NCBI GenBank assembly: GCA_964420045.1
Contig: CAYQPQ010000003.1
Location: 1-63,847, forward strand
Direction of reading: 5' to 3'
DNA: 63,847 nucleotides
Source of the DNA: an uncultured Bdellovibrionales bacterium
GTDB lineage: Bacteria; Patescibacteriota; Minisyncoccia; Moranbacterales; UBA1568
Below are positions 43,511 to 52,969 of this stretch, piece after piece (positions within the stretch are counted from its first letter, which is position 1; each line of letters starts with the position of its first letter). A model generated the notes under the pieces. It ran no database searches. It had not been told where the DNA came from and saw only the letters and a program-made list of their open reading frames with translations. The translations under genes were made by a program, and so were the position numbers.

Positions 43511-45322
43511 ATGAACGAGCGAAAACAAGATGCCTCTCCCCTCTTGCCAGAGTCGGATAGATCGATCATAAGCCGCATATTGGGAGTATGGCTTGCGTTT
43601 CTTTTCGGAGCGTTTTTTCTTGCGATAGAAGGAATATTTACAGACAATGCTGTACTCTTCCTTTCGCTTGCTGCGCTTGTTGGGATACTTATATCACTCC
43701 GAACACTGCGTCCATCAAAAGAGTTGGCACTGGTGGGGGCGATACTCTTTGTGTTCGTGTTTCTCATTTCTTTCCCCTCCTCCCCTTCTGTCTTCTCAGG
43801 ACGAGACCAAGGATCATATGCCGGAGCGGCTATTCGACTTGCGCATGAACACTCGCTGCACTCGCATATACCGGAAGTTGCGCAGGATTTTTTTCACATC
43901 TATGGAGCGGGGAAATCGCTTAATATACCCGGGTTCTTCTTTGCTCCGGACGGATCTCTTGTCACGCAATTTCCGCTTGGAAATATTGCATGGCTCGGAG
44001 CAAATGTTTCACTTTTCGGCGTAGTCGGACTTTCCTTGGCAAATGCATTCACACTCTTTCTTTCGCTTCTCATTCTCTTTGCTTTTCTCAGACTATTTTT
44101 GCCTTTCCAATTTGCCTTCGGAGGGTTCGCAGTTGCTGTACTTTCATTTCCTTTCGTGTGGATACAAGAGCGAACGCTTAGCGAGAATCTCGCCCTCCCT
44201 CTCTTTCTTGCACTTTCTTTTTACGTAGTTTCATTCCTCAAAGAACCGCGACGATGGTCATGGTGGATGAGCGTACTCTTGGCAACGTTTCTCTCTCTGA
44301 CGCGCATCGAGGGATTCGCACTCCTTGCCGTTGCTGTTCTAATTGTATTCTTCCGGAAAGAATCAAGAGACTACCTCCTCTCACATTTTTTTACCACCGT
44401 GTTTCCGGCGATTGGTATCGTTGGAGCGATCATAGGTGTAGATATTCAGGCAAATCTCCCCTTTTATATCACCATGGGGAAGGCGGCACTGGAATCTTTT
44501 TCCGTACGTTCAAATATATCTCCTCCTTCTTCAAGCTCACCCCTATCAATTATTCGAACATTCGAGGTATTTTGGACATACGGTATGATTTCAGTGACTT
44601 CGCTCGCACTTCTTGGAATGACATTTCTTATAAGAAGACGCGCATATATTCATCTGACACCGCTCTGGTTAGCACTACCGACATTCGTGTACCTCTTAAG
44701 CCCGCAAATATCCTCGGATCATCCCTGGATGCTTCGGCGATTTGTATTTGCTTTTTGGCCAGCCGTCATCATCTTGGCGATATTTTCCCTTGCCATACTG
44801 CACGAATTCTTCGAGAACCGATTTCCAGGAAAAACACTCGTTCGTCCGGCGGTTTTTTCGGCATGTTTCTGCACGTTGCTTATTCTTCCGGCACTTCCAA
44901 CAACCGTCCCACGTCTTTTCTTTGCAGAAAACAAAAATCTGCTTGCGGATATAGAAACGCTTTCGAGTAATTTTTCTAACAAAGATCTCGTGCTCGTCGA
45001 CCGTCTATCTTCCGGAGATTCATTTTCGATGATTGCCGATCCAATGAGTACGCTATTCGGAAAAAATGCGATATATTTCTTTAATCCAAGCGACCTCTCG
45101 CGCATTGATATTGCCAAATTTGAACATGTATACCTCATAGCGAAAGATGGGGATGAAAATACCTATCGAACGGCATTCGGGTCTCGTTTTGAGCTCCAAA
45201 GAATCAAGCCATACACACTTCGAACCTCTCTATTCAGTCGAGAAACCGATCCGTCCCGCATACCTCTTCGAAGCGACACGGCCGTGTCAGGTTCGATATT
45301 TCTCATTGTACCAAGTGCTTAG
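43511..45322 (+). CDS. Polytopic membrane protein, possible additional GT-C-type glycosyltransferase
   Basis: 603 aa with more than 10 TM helices. The first loop has RDQGSYAGAAIRLAHEHSL (a D-x-x-x-Y type motif as in ArnT/PMT first loops). There is a C-terminal soluble domain. Confidence 0.4.
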   Translation: MNERKQDASPLLPESDRSIISRILGVWLAFLFGAFFLAIEGIFTDNAVLFLSLAALVGILISLRTLRPSKELALVGAILFVFVFLISFPSSPSVFSGRDQGSYAGAAIRLAHEHSLHSHIPEVAQDFFHIYGAGKSLNIPGFFFAPDGSLVTQFPLGNIAWLGANVSLFGVVGLSLANAFTLFLSLLILFAFLRLFLPFQFAFGGFAVAVLSFPFVWIQERTLSENLALPLFLALSFYVVSFLKEPRRWSWWMSVLLATFLSLTRIEGFALLAVAVLIVFFRKESRDYLLSHFFTTVFPAIGIVGAIIGVDIQANLPFYITMGKAALESFSVRSNISPPSSSSPLSIIRTFEVFWTYGMISVTSLALLGMTFLIRRRAYIHLTPLWLALPTFVYLLSPQISSDHPWMLRRFVFAFWPAVIILAIFSLAILHEFFENRFPGKTLVRPAVFSACFCTLLILPALPTTVPRLFFAENKNLLADIETLSSNFSNKDLVLVDRLSSGDSFSMIADPMSTLFGKNAIYFFNPSDLSRIDIAKFEHVYLIAKDGDENTYRTAFGSRFELQRIKPYTLRTSLFSRETDPSRIPLRSDTAVSGSIFLIVPSA

Positions 45323-45354
45323 AGTAAATCTCCTAGAAGAGAACACCAAAAAAT

Positions 45355-46698
45355 ATGACCGAAGCATATCGCCTCAGAAAACCTTGGAAATATCTCTATA
45401 CTTCACTTCGCATTCTTTTGTGGGGAGTTTTCTTGATCAGCATGTCGACATTTGTCTTCTCCATACTTTTCCCTTCGAGAGACCTTTCGTACACCTTTTC
45501 CGATTCACGGGCAGGAGGAAATGAAATCGAACGACCTCGAACCGAAACGGGAGATTCACGAGAGAATGGATATATCCGTGAGGGGGATACACTGGTTCTG
45601 GACGCATCGGTACTGGGAGATTTTTCACACGCTCGGGTGATCATTTCAGGACAAGACGCGCTGGATGCCAAAGCGATTCAACGTGTCACCGCGAGACGCT
45701 CCCAACAAGCATTTTTTTATCCGAAAGGACCGCCCGCCGTATTTCCTGCAGGAACCCTTCTTCGCTATAAAGACAGTTTCTTTCTTGTTGGTCAAGATGA
45801 AATGAAACACCGATTCCCTTCCGAAGAGTATATGCGTTCTTTGGGATATGATGTCGCTTCATTCATGCCGGTTTCCGACGAAGAATTCGCAGCCAATCCC
45901 GAGGGACTAGCTATTCCCGAAACGCAAGATCGAGAGACGCCACCAAACAGCGCGTTCGTTCAAGCAAGCGCTACCTACTATCTCTGGAAAGATGGAAAAC
46001 TCTTTCCCTTTGTGAGCGAAGGCGCTTTCCTTGAGCAGTTTCCTAAGAGTTGGGCGCTGGTTCGAGACGATGCCTTCATCAAAAATCATACGGTTTCCGA
46101 CGAATGGATAGGCTATCCGAGCGGGTCGCTTCTTGCCTGGGGGGACGGCGTTTATATTATGGACCACGATTCCCCTCGACCCGTTCTTGGTGCGGATATT
46201 TTTCTTTCACTTGGATACTCTTGGGATGATGTTCGCCCGGTAAGCGATGAAGAAATAAGCCTTGTGCAAAAAGGAAAATTTATCGATACCAGCGTTCCAC
46301 ATCCTAACGGAACCGTACTTCTGGACACGAAAGAGAACCGCTACTTTCTTGTTCAAGATGAAACACTGCGAGAAATACGGGGCGAATCACTCCTTCACCT
46401 GTGGCTCGGTAAGAAACATCCGATATCGGTTTCCTCTGAAACATTTGAGAGAGACGCTTCATGCACTCCTCACGACGCATCCATGTTTTCCGCCGATACC
46501 ATAGAGTGCCTGATACCCCTTGAAAATCTTGCAAATCTCAGTGGCGATACCTATGAAGTTTCTTTTTCATTTGTCAAAAAGACCACTCTCGATAGAATGG
46601 ATATCATATTTGAAAGCTCCCTCAAAGAGCAGACGCTGCTCGCAACTTTTTCCAAACTCAAATCTCGAATACTCTCACGCTATCTCCCTTCTTCATAA
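45355..46698 (+). CDS. Signal-anchored extracytoplasmic protein with four degenerate repeats of about 50 aa
   Basis: 447 aa. TM LLWGVFLISMSTFVFSILF. Repeats end in ...LGYDVASFMPVSDEEF and ...LGYSWDDVRPVSDEEI. Confidence 0.55.
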   Translation: MTEAYRLRKPWKYLYTSLRILLWGVFLISMSTFVFSILFPSRDLSYTFSDSRAGGNEIERPRTETGDSRENGYIREGDTLVLDASVLGDFSHARVIISGQDALDAKAIQRVTARRSQQAFFYPKGPPAVFPAGTLLRYKDSFFLVGQDEMKHRFPSEEYMRSLGYDVASFMPVSDEEFAANPEGLAIPETQDRETPPNSAFVQASATYYLWKDGKLFPFVSEGAFLEQFPKSWALVRDDAFIKNHTVSDEWIGYPSGSLLAWGDGVYIMDHDSPRPVLGADIFLSLGYSWDDVRPVSDEEISLVQKGKFIDTSVPHPNGTVLLDTKENRYFLVQDETLREIRGESLLHLWLGKKHPISVSSETFERDASCTPHDASMFSADTIECLIPLENLANLSGDTYEVSFSFVKKTTLDRMDIIFESSLKEQTLLATFSKLKSRILSRYLPSS

Positions 46699-46760
46699 AA
46701 ATCCCCAACGGAACAAACACTTGCAAAGTTACTCGTCTTCATAAAATTTCGTAAAATAGT

Positions 46761-47231
46761 ATGAAAGCTTCCCTGTCTTTTTCCATGATTAAGAATGTTG
46801 CAAAAAAAGAAGAACCTCGAATTATTGCGACACTCCTCTCTCGCGAAGCAATCGTACTTGCCCTATTTTCGCTCGCCATGTTGCTTTCAATGGAGAGCCT
46901 TTTGCCAGGAACTGTCTCGCTCCGGGAAAGCATGATCTTTTTTATCCTCGGGATAGCTACAATACTGATCGCGGAACGATATCTTTCGAAGACACTCAAA
47001 CCGGAGTCATTGTCAGCACTATCCCCTCCATCTTCCGGGAAAACCCGTGTGTTTTTCTGGGGATTTATCGCATGGTCGGCATTCCTTATTGGAAACGCTC
47101 TTTTCGGATTCCACCCCGCTATTATTGCGCTTCTCCTCCTTATCACAGCTCCACTGCTTGCACTCTTTTTTGGCGTGGCATTTGAATCCGGAAAAAACGA
47201 CGAGAAATCTCCGAAGAACCCTATTGAATAA
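46761..47231 (+). CDS. Small four-TM membrane protein, hypothetical
   Basis: 156 aa with four clear hydrophobic helices. The antisense 172-aa ORF is Arg/Ser-rich noise. Confidence 0.5.
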   Translation: MKASLSFSMIKNVAKKEEPRIIATLLSREAIVLALFSLAMLLSMESLLPGTVSLRESMIFFILGIATILIAERYLSKTLKPESLSALSPPSSGKTRVFFWGFIAWSAFLIGNALFGFHPAIIALLLLITAPLLALFFGVAFESGKNDEKSPKNPIE

Positions 47232-48342
47232 TCCACTCGGCTGTTTCTCGAGCGCATGTATCCCAGGAGAATTTTTTGAGCTGATCCCGCCCCTTTTCAA
47301 TGAGCGCTGATCTCATTGAGGCATTGTCCCACAGTTGAGAGAGGGTATCAGAGAGCGCTTCACTCTGATCGGCATCGAAAAGCAAGGCTGCCTCCCCGGC
47401 AACTTCAGGAAGACTTGAATTATTTGCACAGATCACCGGTACGCCCGAAGCAAATGCTTCCAATATCGGAAGCCCGAACCCCTCGTACAGAGACGGATAA
47501 ACAAAGAGTCTCGCATGTTTGTAAAGCGCCGTTCGCTCCTCGAAAGACACGCGACCGGTCATTATAATACGATCGCGAAATATGTGGTGTTCTTGCGCGC
47601 GGAGTATCTGTCCACTCATCCACGCCGCTTCCCCTGCAAACACTAACTTTACTGATATGTGTTTTCTTCCAAACACCTTGAACGCCTCCATAAGCCGGAC
47701 GAGATTCTTTCTTGGCTGCAGCGCTCCAACATAGAGGACGTACTCTCCGGGAGAAAGATGGAATTTCTCAAGAACATCAGTACCAACTTCATCGTCACTT
47801 TCGGGTTTTTCCACATGAAGAGGATTGTCGAATCCATGATGAATCACTCGGATCTTACTCTCGGAAACATCCGGATACCAGTGAAGAATATCCCGCTTTG
47901 TTGATTCCGAAACAGCGATAAGTCGCGTCGCATATCGAACCGAAAAGTCCGTGAGCCAATTCAATTTTCGCAGATCCTGAGGTGGAAAATATTCCGGAAA
48001 CACTTTGAAAGCGAGGTCATGAATCGTCACCACGGATTCAACATTCTTCGGAAGAAGTACGGGAAGCGCCTGAACCGGCATGAATAGACGGTCGGGATAC
48101 AATCGGAATAGCTCCCACGCAAAGCGCGTTTGTGTCCACGAGAGCGGAAACGGAACGGAATGTACGTGGTAATTAGGCAAAGACGGCGGCGTCAAATGCG
48201 AATTGAAATGACGCCGATGGAAGAGGTGCCATGATTCATCGGGAAATATCAATCCGAAACGCTCAAGGAGACGAAGAAGATAGACCCGCGTTCCATCGAT
48301 CCGCTCCACATCGAGATCGGCTGCTTGAATGGCAATCCGCAT
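47221..48342 (-). CDS. GT4 (GT-B fold) glycosyltransferase
   Basis: LYVGALQPRKN, PSLYEGFGLPILEAFASGVPVI. Confidence 0.85.
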   Translation of the reverse strand: MRIAIQAADLDVERIDGTRVYLLRLLERFGLIFPDESWHLFHRRHFNSHLTPPSLPNYHVHSVPFPLSWTQTRFAWELFRLYPDRLFMPVQALPVLLPKNVESVVTIHDLAFKVFPEYFPPQDLRKLNWLTDFSVRYATRLIAVSESTKRDILHWYPDVSESKIRVIHHGFDNPLHVEKPESDDEVGTDVLEKFHLSPGEYVLYVGALQPRKNLVRLMEAFKVFGRKHISVKLVFAGEAAWMSGQILRAQEHHIFRDRIIMTGRVSFEERTALYKHARLFVYPSLYEGFGLPILEAFASGVPVICANNSSLPEVAGEAALLFDADQSEALSDTLSQLWDNASMRSALIEKGRDQLKKFSWDTCARETAEWIIQ

Positions 48343-48348
48343 AGAGGT

Positions 48349-49053
48349 TTACTGGATCGTTGTGCCCACGAAATTTCCTCCGAGAAAATACTGCTCGAGA
48401 TTTCCGATGTCTGACCCGTTCAAAACAACAACAGAAAATCCCTCCTCTTCAGCGAGCTTCGACGCTACCGGATCAAAGGGAGCGCTCATGCCGGGGCTCC
48501 ACGTATTTCCCACAAGCGCGCGAAATGCCGACCACGAAAGTGAATCGAAACGCTTCGCACGAGTATCTTTCCGAGGGTCAACTTCATACACTCCGTCCGT
48601 ATTTGAGAGATTGATAATTGTTTTGAAATCGAGATACTTTGCCAAGACCGTCGCAATATAATCTGTCGAAAAGCCCGGTCGCCACCCTCCAGCAACAATA
48701 ATCGGCTCTTTTGCTTGATAGAAATCTTCGAGATCGTGCGGGTTGGTATTGATGCGCGGATGCGCCCACTCGCGAAAAATCGTGCGAAGAAAATGCGCAT
48801 TCATGCGTGTTGCGTGAATACCGAGCCAGTCTTGGTCGTCATTTTCTATCGCGTGAACCTTCGAAGCGGCATCAATATAATTACGAGCCGTCCTTCCACC
48901 TCCGACTACAAGGATAAACGAATAGCCGTCCTGTACGCGCGCCACAATACAGTCATGGAACCGCCTCACAAAGTCCGTATCAATACCGTCCTCAGGCACC
49001 ACAAGCGATCCGCCAACGGAAATGAGGAATCGTTTCGATTGATCGTGTTTCAT
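48349..49053 (-). CDS. pyrH: UMP kinase, archaeal/short type (amino-acid kinase fold)
   Basis: FLISVGGSLVVPEDGIDTDFV...FILVVGGGRTARNYI...GIHATRMNA...IIVAGGWRPGFSTD...NLSNTDGVYEVDPRKD...GTTIQ parallels archaeal UMP kinases. 234 aa. Confidence 0.7.
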   Translation of the reverse strand: MKHDQSKRFLISVGGSLVVPEDGIDTDFVRRFHDCIVARVQDGYSFILVVGGGRTARNYIDAASKVHAIENDDQDWLGIHATRMNAHFLRTIFREWAHPRINTNPHDLEDFYQAKEPIIVAGGWRPGFSTDYIATVLAKYLDFKTIINLSNTDGVYEVDPRKDTRAKRFDSLSWSAFRALVGNTWSPGMSAPFDPVASKLAEEEGFSVVVLNGSDIGNLEQYFLGGNFVGTTIQ

Positions 49054-50312
49054 TGTTTTGTTTTACCCAGAAGAGCTTCAACCTCTTCGAAAGAAAGAAT
49101 GCTCGACTCATCCTCTCCCCGTCGTTTCACCTCTGCGCCACCCTTCTCAAGCGAACGCTTGGAAATGACCAATCGATATGGCATGCCGAGCAAGTCGCTG
49201 TCGCCAAATTTTTCTCCGGCGCTCACGTCACGATCATCATAAAGTGTCTCAATGCCAGCATCGTGCAATTTTCCATACCATAGAACGGCTTCTTCGTCGG
49301 AGCTAAGCGAAAGAAGGTGGACACGAAATGGAGCGACACTCTCCGGCCAGACAATACCCTTCTCATCTGACAGTATCTCAACAATCGTTCCCATAAGTCG
49401 AGTCGGCCCAATACCATAACTCCCCATAATAACCGGCTTTATCTCCCCGTACTCATCCGTATAGACTAACCCGAGTGCTTCGGAAAAGCGTGTTCCGAGT
49501 TTGAAGATATTTCCCACTTCGATCGACGTTACCTTTTCAAGCTCATCTTTCTTGAGACTGAGATCGTGCAAAACCTCATCCGTATACACTTCCTCATTGA
49601 CAGCGATGCCTTTCGTTCGCGAGAGATAGATCGTATCTTCACCCGCATTACTGATCGTTTGAAATTCATGGCTGTATTTCGAGAAAACACCGCCACTCGC
49701 AAACGTTTTGAAGGTTTGATTGCCAATTCCAACCCGAGAAAATATGCGCGCATACGCCTCGGCACACCGTCCATAAAACACATCGAGATCTTCTTGGGTA
49801 GCGCTGAAAGAATAAAGATCTTTCATTAAAAATTCTCGTCCGCGCATGATACCGCTTTTCGCTCGTTCTTCATTTCGAAATTTCGCTTGAATTTGATAAG
49901 GATATACCGGAAGATCGCGGTAGGAAGAGATATGTTGCTTCATGATGGCGGTTATTGTCTCTTCATGGGTGAACCCCAGCCCAAGATCCGATCCATTTTT
50001 GAGCGTCGTCTTGAACCAATTATCGACCACGTCGTCGCTCCAGCGATTTGTTTTCTGCCACAACTCCGGATTCTGAAGTGCGGTCATAAGCACCTCGTGC
50101 CCGCCGATTGCGTTCATCTCCTCTCGAATAATATTCTCGATCTTTCGGAGTGTTCGGAGTCCAAGCGGCAAAAAAGAATAGACACCAGCCATCTCTTTGT
50201 GAACAAACCCGGCACGAATCAAGAGCTGTGCATTACGACTCACTTCATCCGCTGGGTTTTCTTTGCGCGTCTTTGTAAAAAGTTCGGACTGTTTCATAGA
50301 AGTATTTATCAA
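49050..50312 (-). CDS. proS: Prolyl-tRNA synthetase, bacterial-type N-terminus but lacking the INS editing domain
   Basis: LLIRAGFVHKEMAGVYSFLPLG, REFLMKDLYSF, GIGPTR, anticodon-binding tail. It is 420 aa, versus about 570 aa for INS-containing bacterial ProRS. Confidence 0.8.
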   Translation of the reverse strand: MINTSMKQSELFTKTRKENPADEVSRNAQLLIRAGFVHKEMAGVYSFLPLGLRTLRKIENIIREEMNAIGGHEVLMTALQNPELWQKTNRWSDDVVDNWFKTTLKNGSDLGLGFTHEETITAIMKQHISSYRDLPVYPYQIQAKFRNEERAKSGIMRGREFLMKDLYSFSATQEDLDVFYGRCAEAYARIFSRVGIGNQTFKTFASGGVFSKYSHEFQTISNAGEDTIYLSRTKGIAVNEEVYTDEVLHDLSLKKDELEKVTSIEVGNIFKLGTRFSEALGLVYTDEYGEIKPVIMGSYGIGPTRLMGTIVEILSDEKGIVWPESVAPFRVHLLSLSSDEEAVLWYGKLHDAGIETLYDDRDVSAGEKFGDSDLLGMPYRLVISKRSLEKGGAEVKRRGEDESSILSFEEVEALLGKTKQ

Positions 50313-50422
50313 AACAGGGACAAAACACCGCAGGAACGATATCTTCTTTCCAAGAGTACACCACTTATGCTACACTGACAATCTCTCTCGATGCTGATTT
50401 TTATTTTCAAAGTATACGTACT

Positions 50423-51337
50423 ATGTCGCTTATTTCCGTTAAGAATCTCTCGAAAACGTATAGTTCCGGTCTCCATGCGCTTCGAGATATTTCGCTTGAT
50501 ATCCGCTCCGGAGAAATTTTTGCGCTCTTGGGACCCAATGGCGCTGGAAAAACAACACTCATTGGCATCATCACCGGACTCGTTACCAAGACATCCGGCA
50601 AAGTCCTTGTTGACGGCAAAGATATCGAGAAAGATTATCGGTACACACGCGGTCTTATCGGGTTTGTCCCGCAGGAAATATCACTCGATATCTTCCTCTC
50701 CGTCGAACAGATTCTCAAAAATCAGCGCGGATTCTACGGCAAGTCGGCAAACCCCGCTCTCCTCGAACGCATCATGCGCGACCTCTCACTCTGGGACAAG
50801 CGACACACAGAAGTCCGTTCGCTTTCGGGCGGCATGAAACGCCGCGTGCTTATTGCCAAAGCACTCACCAATGAACCGAAAATTCTCTTTCTTGACGAGC
50901 CGACCGCCGGCGTTGATGTCGATCTCCGCAAAGACATGTGGGAACAGGTGAAAAAACTTCGTGAATCCGGCACAACCATCATTCTCACCACACACTATAT
51001 CGAAGAGGCTGAGCTTCTCGCCGACCGAATCGGAATTATTAACGAAGGCAAACTGATTCTCGTTGAAGACAAAGAAACGCTCATGAAAAAAATGGGCGAG
51101 AAAACGCTTATTGTTCAACTGGGCGAACCTCTGCACTCGATTCCACCAGCGCTCTCGCGCTACCGAATTACGCTTTCCGAAGACAAACAAATTCTTTCCT
51201 TGCAGTATTCTTCCGAAGAACAAGCAGTTTCACCTTTTCTACAGACACTCAGAGATCAAAATATCTCCGTATCTGATATCACAACAACCGAAACATCGCT
51301 CGAGGAGATATTCGTCACGCTTATCGGGAAAAAATAG
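50423..51337 (+). CDS. ABC transporter ATP-binding protein (ABC-2 exporter type)
   Basis: GPNGAGKTT, LSGGMKRRV, LFLDEPTAGVD. Confidence 0.88.
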   Translation: MSLISVKNLSKTYSSGLHALRDISLDIRSGEIFALLGPNGAGKTTLIGIITGLVTKTSGKVLVDGKDIEKDYRYTRGLIGFVPQEISLDIFLSVEQILKNQRGFYGKSANPALLERIMRDLSLWDKRHTEVRSLSGGMKRRVLIAKALTNEPKILFLDEPTAGVDVDLRKDMWEQVKKLRESGTTIILTTHYIEEAELLADRIGIINEGKLILVEDKETLMKKMGEKTLIVQLGEPLHSIPPALSRYRITLSEDKQILSLQYSSEEQAVSPFLQTLRDQNISVSDITTTETSLEEIFVTLIGKK

Positions 51338-51364
51338 TTTTCATTACTCACACATTACATCATT

Positions 51365-52126
51365 ATGAACTGGATCGGATTCAAGACCATATTCATGAAA
51401 GAAGTCGGCCGCTCAAAAGACGTCATCGTTCAAGCTTTTCTTTCGCCTGTTATTACCACCCTGCTCTATTTCCTTGTCTTCGGAAGCGCGATTGGCGGCA
51501 ATATCAAACCGATTCACGGCGTGCCCTACGATCACTTCATCGTACCCGGACTCATCATGATGGCACTTCTCATGAACTCTCTCATGGCGGCATCGAGCGG
51601 CATTTACTTCCCGCGGTTTATCGGTACCATGAGCGATCTTCTCACTTCCCCCCTCTCCTATCTTGAGATCGTGATGGGATTCGCACTCTCCGCCGCTGCC
51701 CGCGCTCTCGCTATCGGCATCACCATATTCGTCATCTCGTGGATCATTACCGGCATCACGGTCTCTCACGTCATTTTCACTCTCATTTTCGGACTCCTCA
51801 CCGCACTCACGTTTGCCCTGCTCGGACTCGTCCTTGGCATTTGGGCAAAGGACTTCGAACAGCTCAGCATGGTGCCGACACTCCTCCTCACCCCGCTTAC
51901 CTTCTTGGGCGGCATCTTCTATTCGGCAAGCATGCTTCCGCCGATGTGGCAAAACGTGACACGAGCAAACCCGGTATTCTATATGATCGACGGTCTTCGT
52001 TGGGGATTCTTTGGTGTCTCAGACACCAATCCGTGGATGAGCCTCATCATCACCGGCGCTGTCCTCGTCATCTCCATCCTCATCCTCCGCCGTATGTTCC
52101 AAACCGGCTACCGATTGAAAAATTAG
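51365..52126 (+). CDS. ABC-2 type transporter permease
   Basis: 253 aa with six TM helices. Immediately downstream of the ATPase. Confidence 0.8.
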   Translation: MNWIGFKTIFMKEVGRSKDVIVQAFLSPVITTLLYFLVFGSAIGGNIKPIHGVPYDHFIVPGLIMMALLMNSLMAASSGIYFPRFIGTMSDLLTSPLSYLEIVMGFALSAAARALAIGITIFVISWIITGITVSHVIFTLIFGLLTALTFALLGLVLGIWAKDFEQLSMVPTLLLTPLTFLGGIFYSASMLPPMWQNVTRANPVFYMIDGLRWGFFGVSDTNPWMSLIITGAVLVISILILRRMFQTGYRLKN

Positions 52127-52969
52127 TTATTTCACCAATTCGTGTTCGCTGCTGGCGAAGACGCGATTGGTGATGGGCGTGTCGCCGACGAGGGCGCCGT
52201 CTACGAGAGAGAGCATGCGCTTTCCATGACGCGCCGTAGTTGATTCATGGGTGACAAGGATGATCGTTTTTCCTGCATCGTTGAGTTTTTGCAGAATCGC
52301 CATGACAGCGAGTCCCGATTTTGAATCGAGATTCCCTGTCGGCTCATCGGCAAAGATAATATCCGGATCATTGACAAGCGCGCGCGCAATAGCAACGCGT
52401 TGCATTTCCCCACCGGAGAGCTGATTGGTAAAGTAGTCGGCTCGATGTTCCATTCCGACCGAACGGAGCGCTTCCAGAACTCGCTCACGATGCGCCGTCT
52501 TCCCCATACCAACCCACGCGGAGCCAAGCGAAGCAAGTACGCCCTTGAACCCGCCGGACGAAAAGACGCCACGAAATGTTCGCCGGTGAATGCCATACAT
52601 ATCATAGAGCAACGGGAGTTCAACATTCTCAAAAACTGTTGTTCGCGGCAGAAGATTGAATGACTGAAAAACAAATCCCAAGCTCTTGTTGCGTATTTCA
52701 GCAAGACGATCCGTCGGGAGAGTACTCGTGTCTTCGCCGGAAAGGAAGTATTGCCCTGTTGTTGGTCGATCAAGAAGCCCCAGAAGATGCATAAGTGTGG
52801 ACTTCCCCGATCCGGACGGACCCATCAGGGCGACAAACTCCCCTCGGTCTATGGAAAACGTCGCGCTTCGCAACGCGAGAGTTTGCACTTTTTCTTCCGA
52901 AAGATACGTTTTGGCAAGATCGCGACAGGCAATAAGTGCTGGCATACTCACAGAGTTCAGAAAATTCAC
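52127..52969 (-). CDS. MacB/LolD/FtsE-type ABC ATP-binding protein with an internal insertion
   Basis: GPSGSGKST, FVFQSFNLLP, LSGGEMQRVAIARAL, FADEPTGNLD. An extra segment of about 35 aa (DMYGIHRRTFRGVFSSGGFKGVLASLGSAWVGMGKT) sits between the Q-loop region and the signature motif. Confidence 0.8.
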   Translation of the reverse strand: MNFLNSVSMPALIACRDLAKTYLSEEKVQTLALRSATFSIDRGEFVALMGPSGSGKSTLMHLLGLLDRPTTGQYFLSGEDTSTLPTDRLAEIRNKSLGFVFQSFNLLPRTTVFENVELPLLYDMYGIHRRTFRGVFSSGGFKGVLASLGSAWVGMGKTAHRERVLEALRSVGMEHRADYFTNQLSGGEMQRVAIARALVNDPDIIFADEPTGNLDSKSGLAVMAILQKLNDAGKTIILVTHESTTARHGKRMLSLVDGALVGDTPITNRVFASSEHELVK

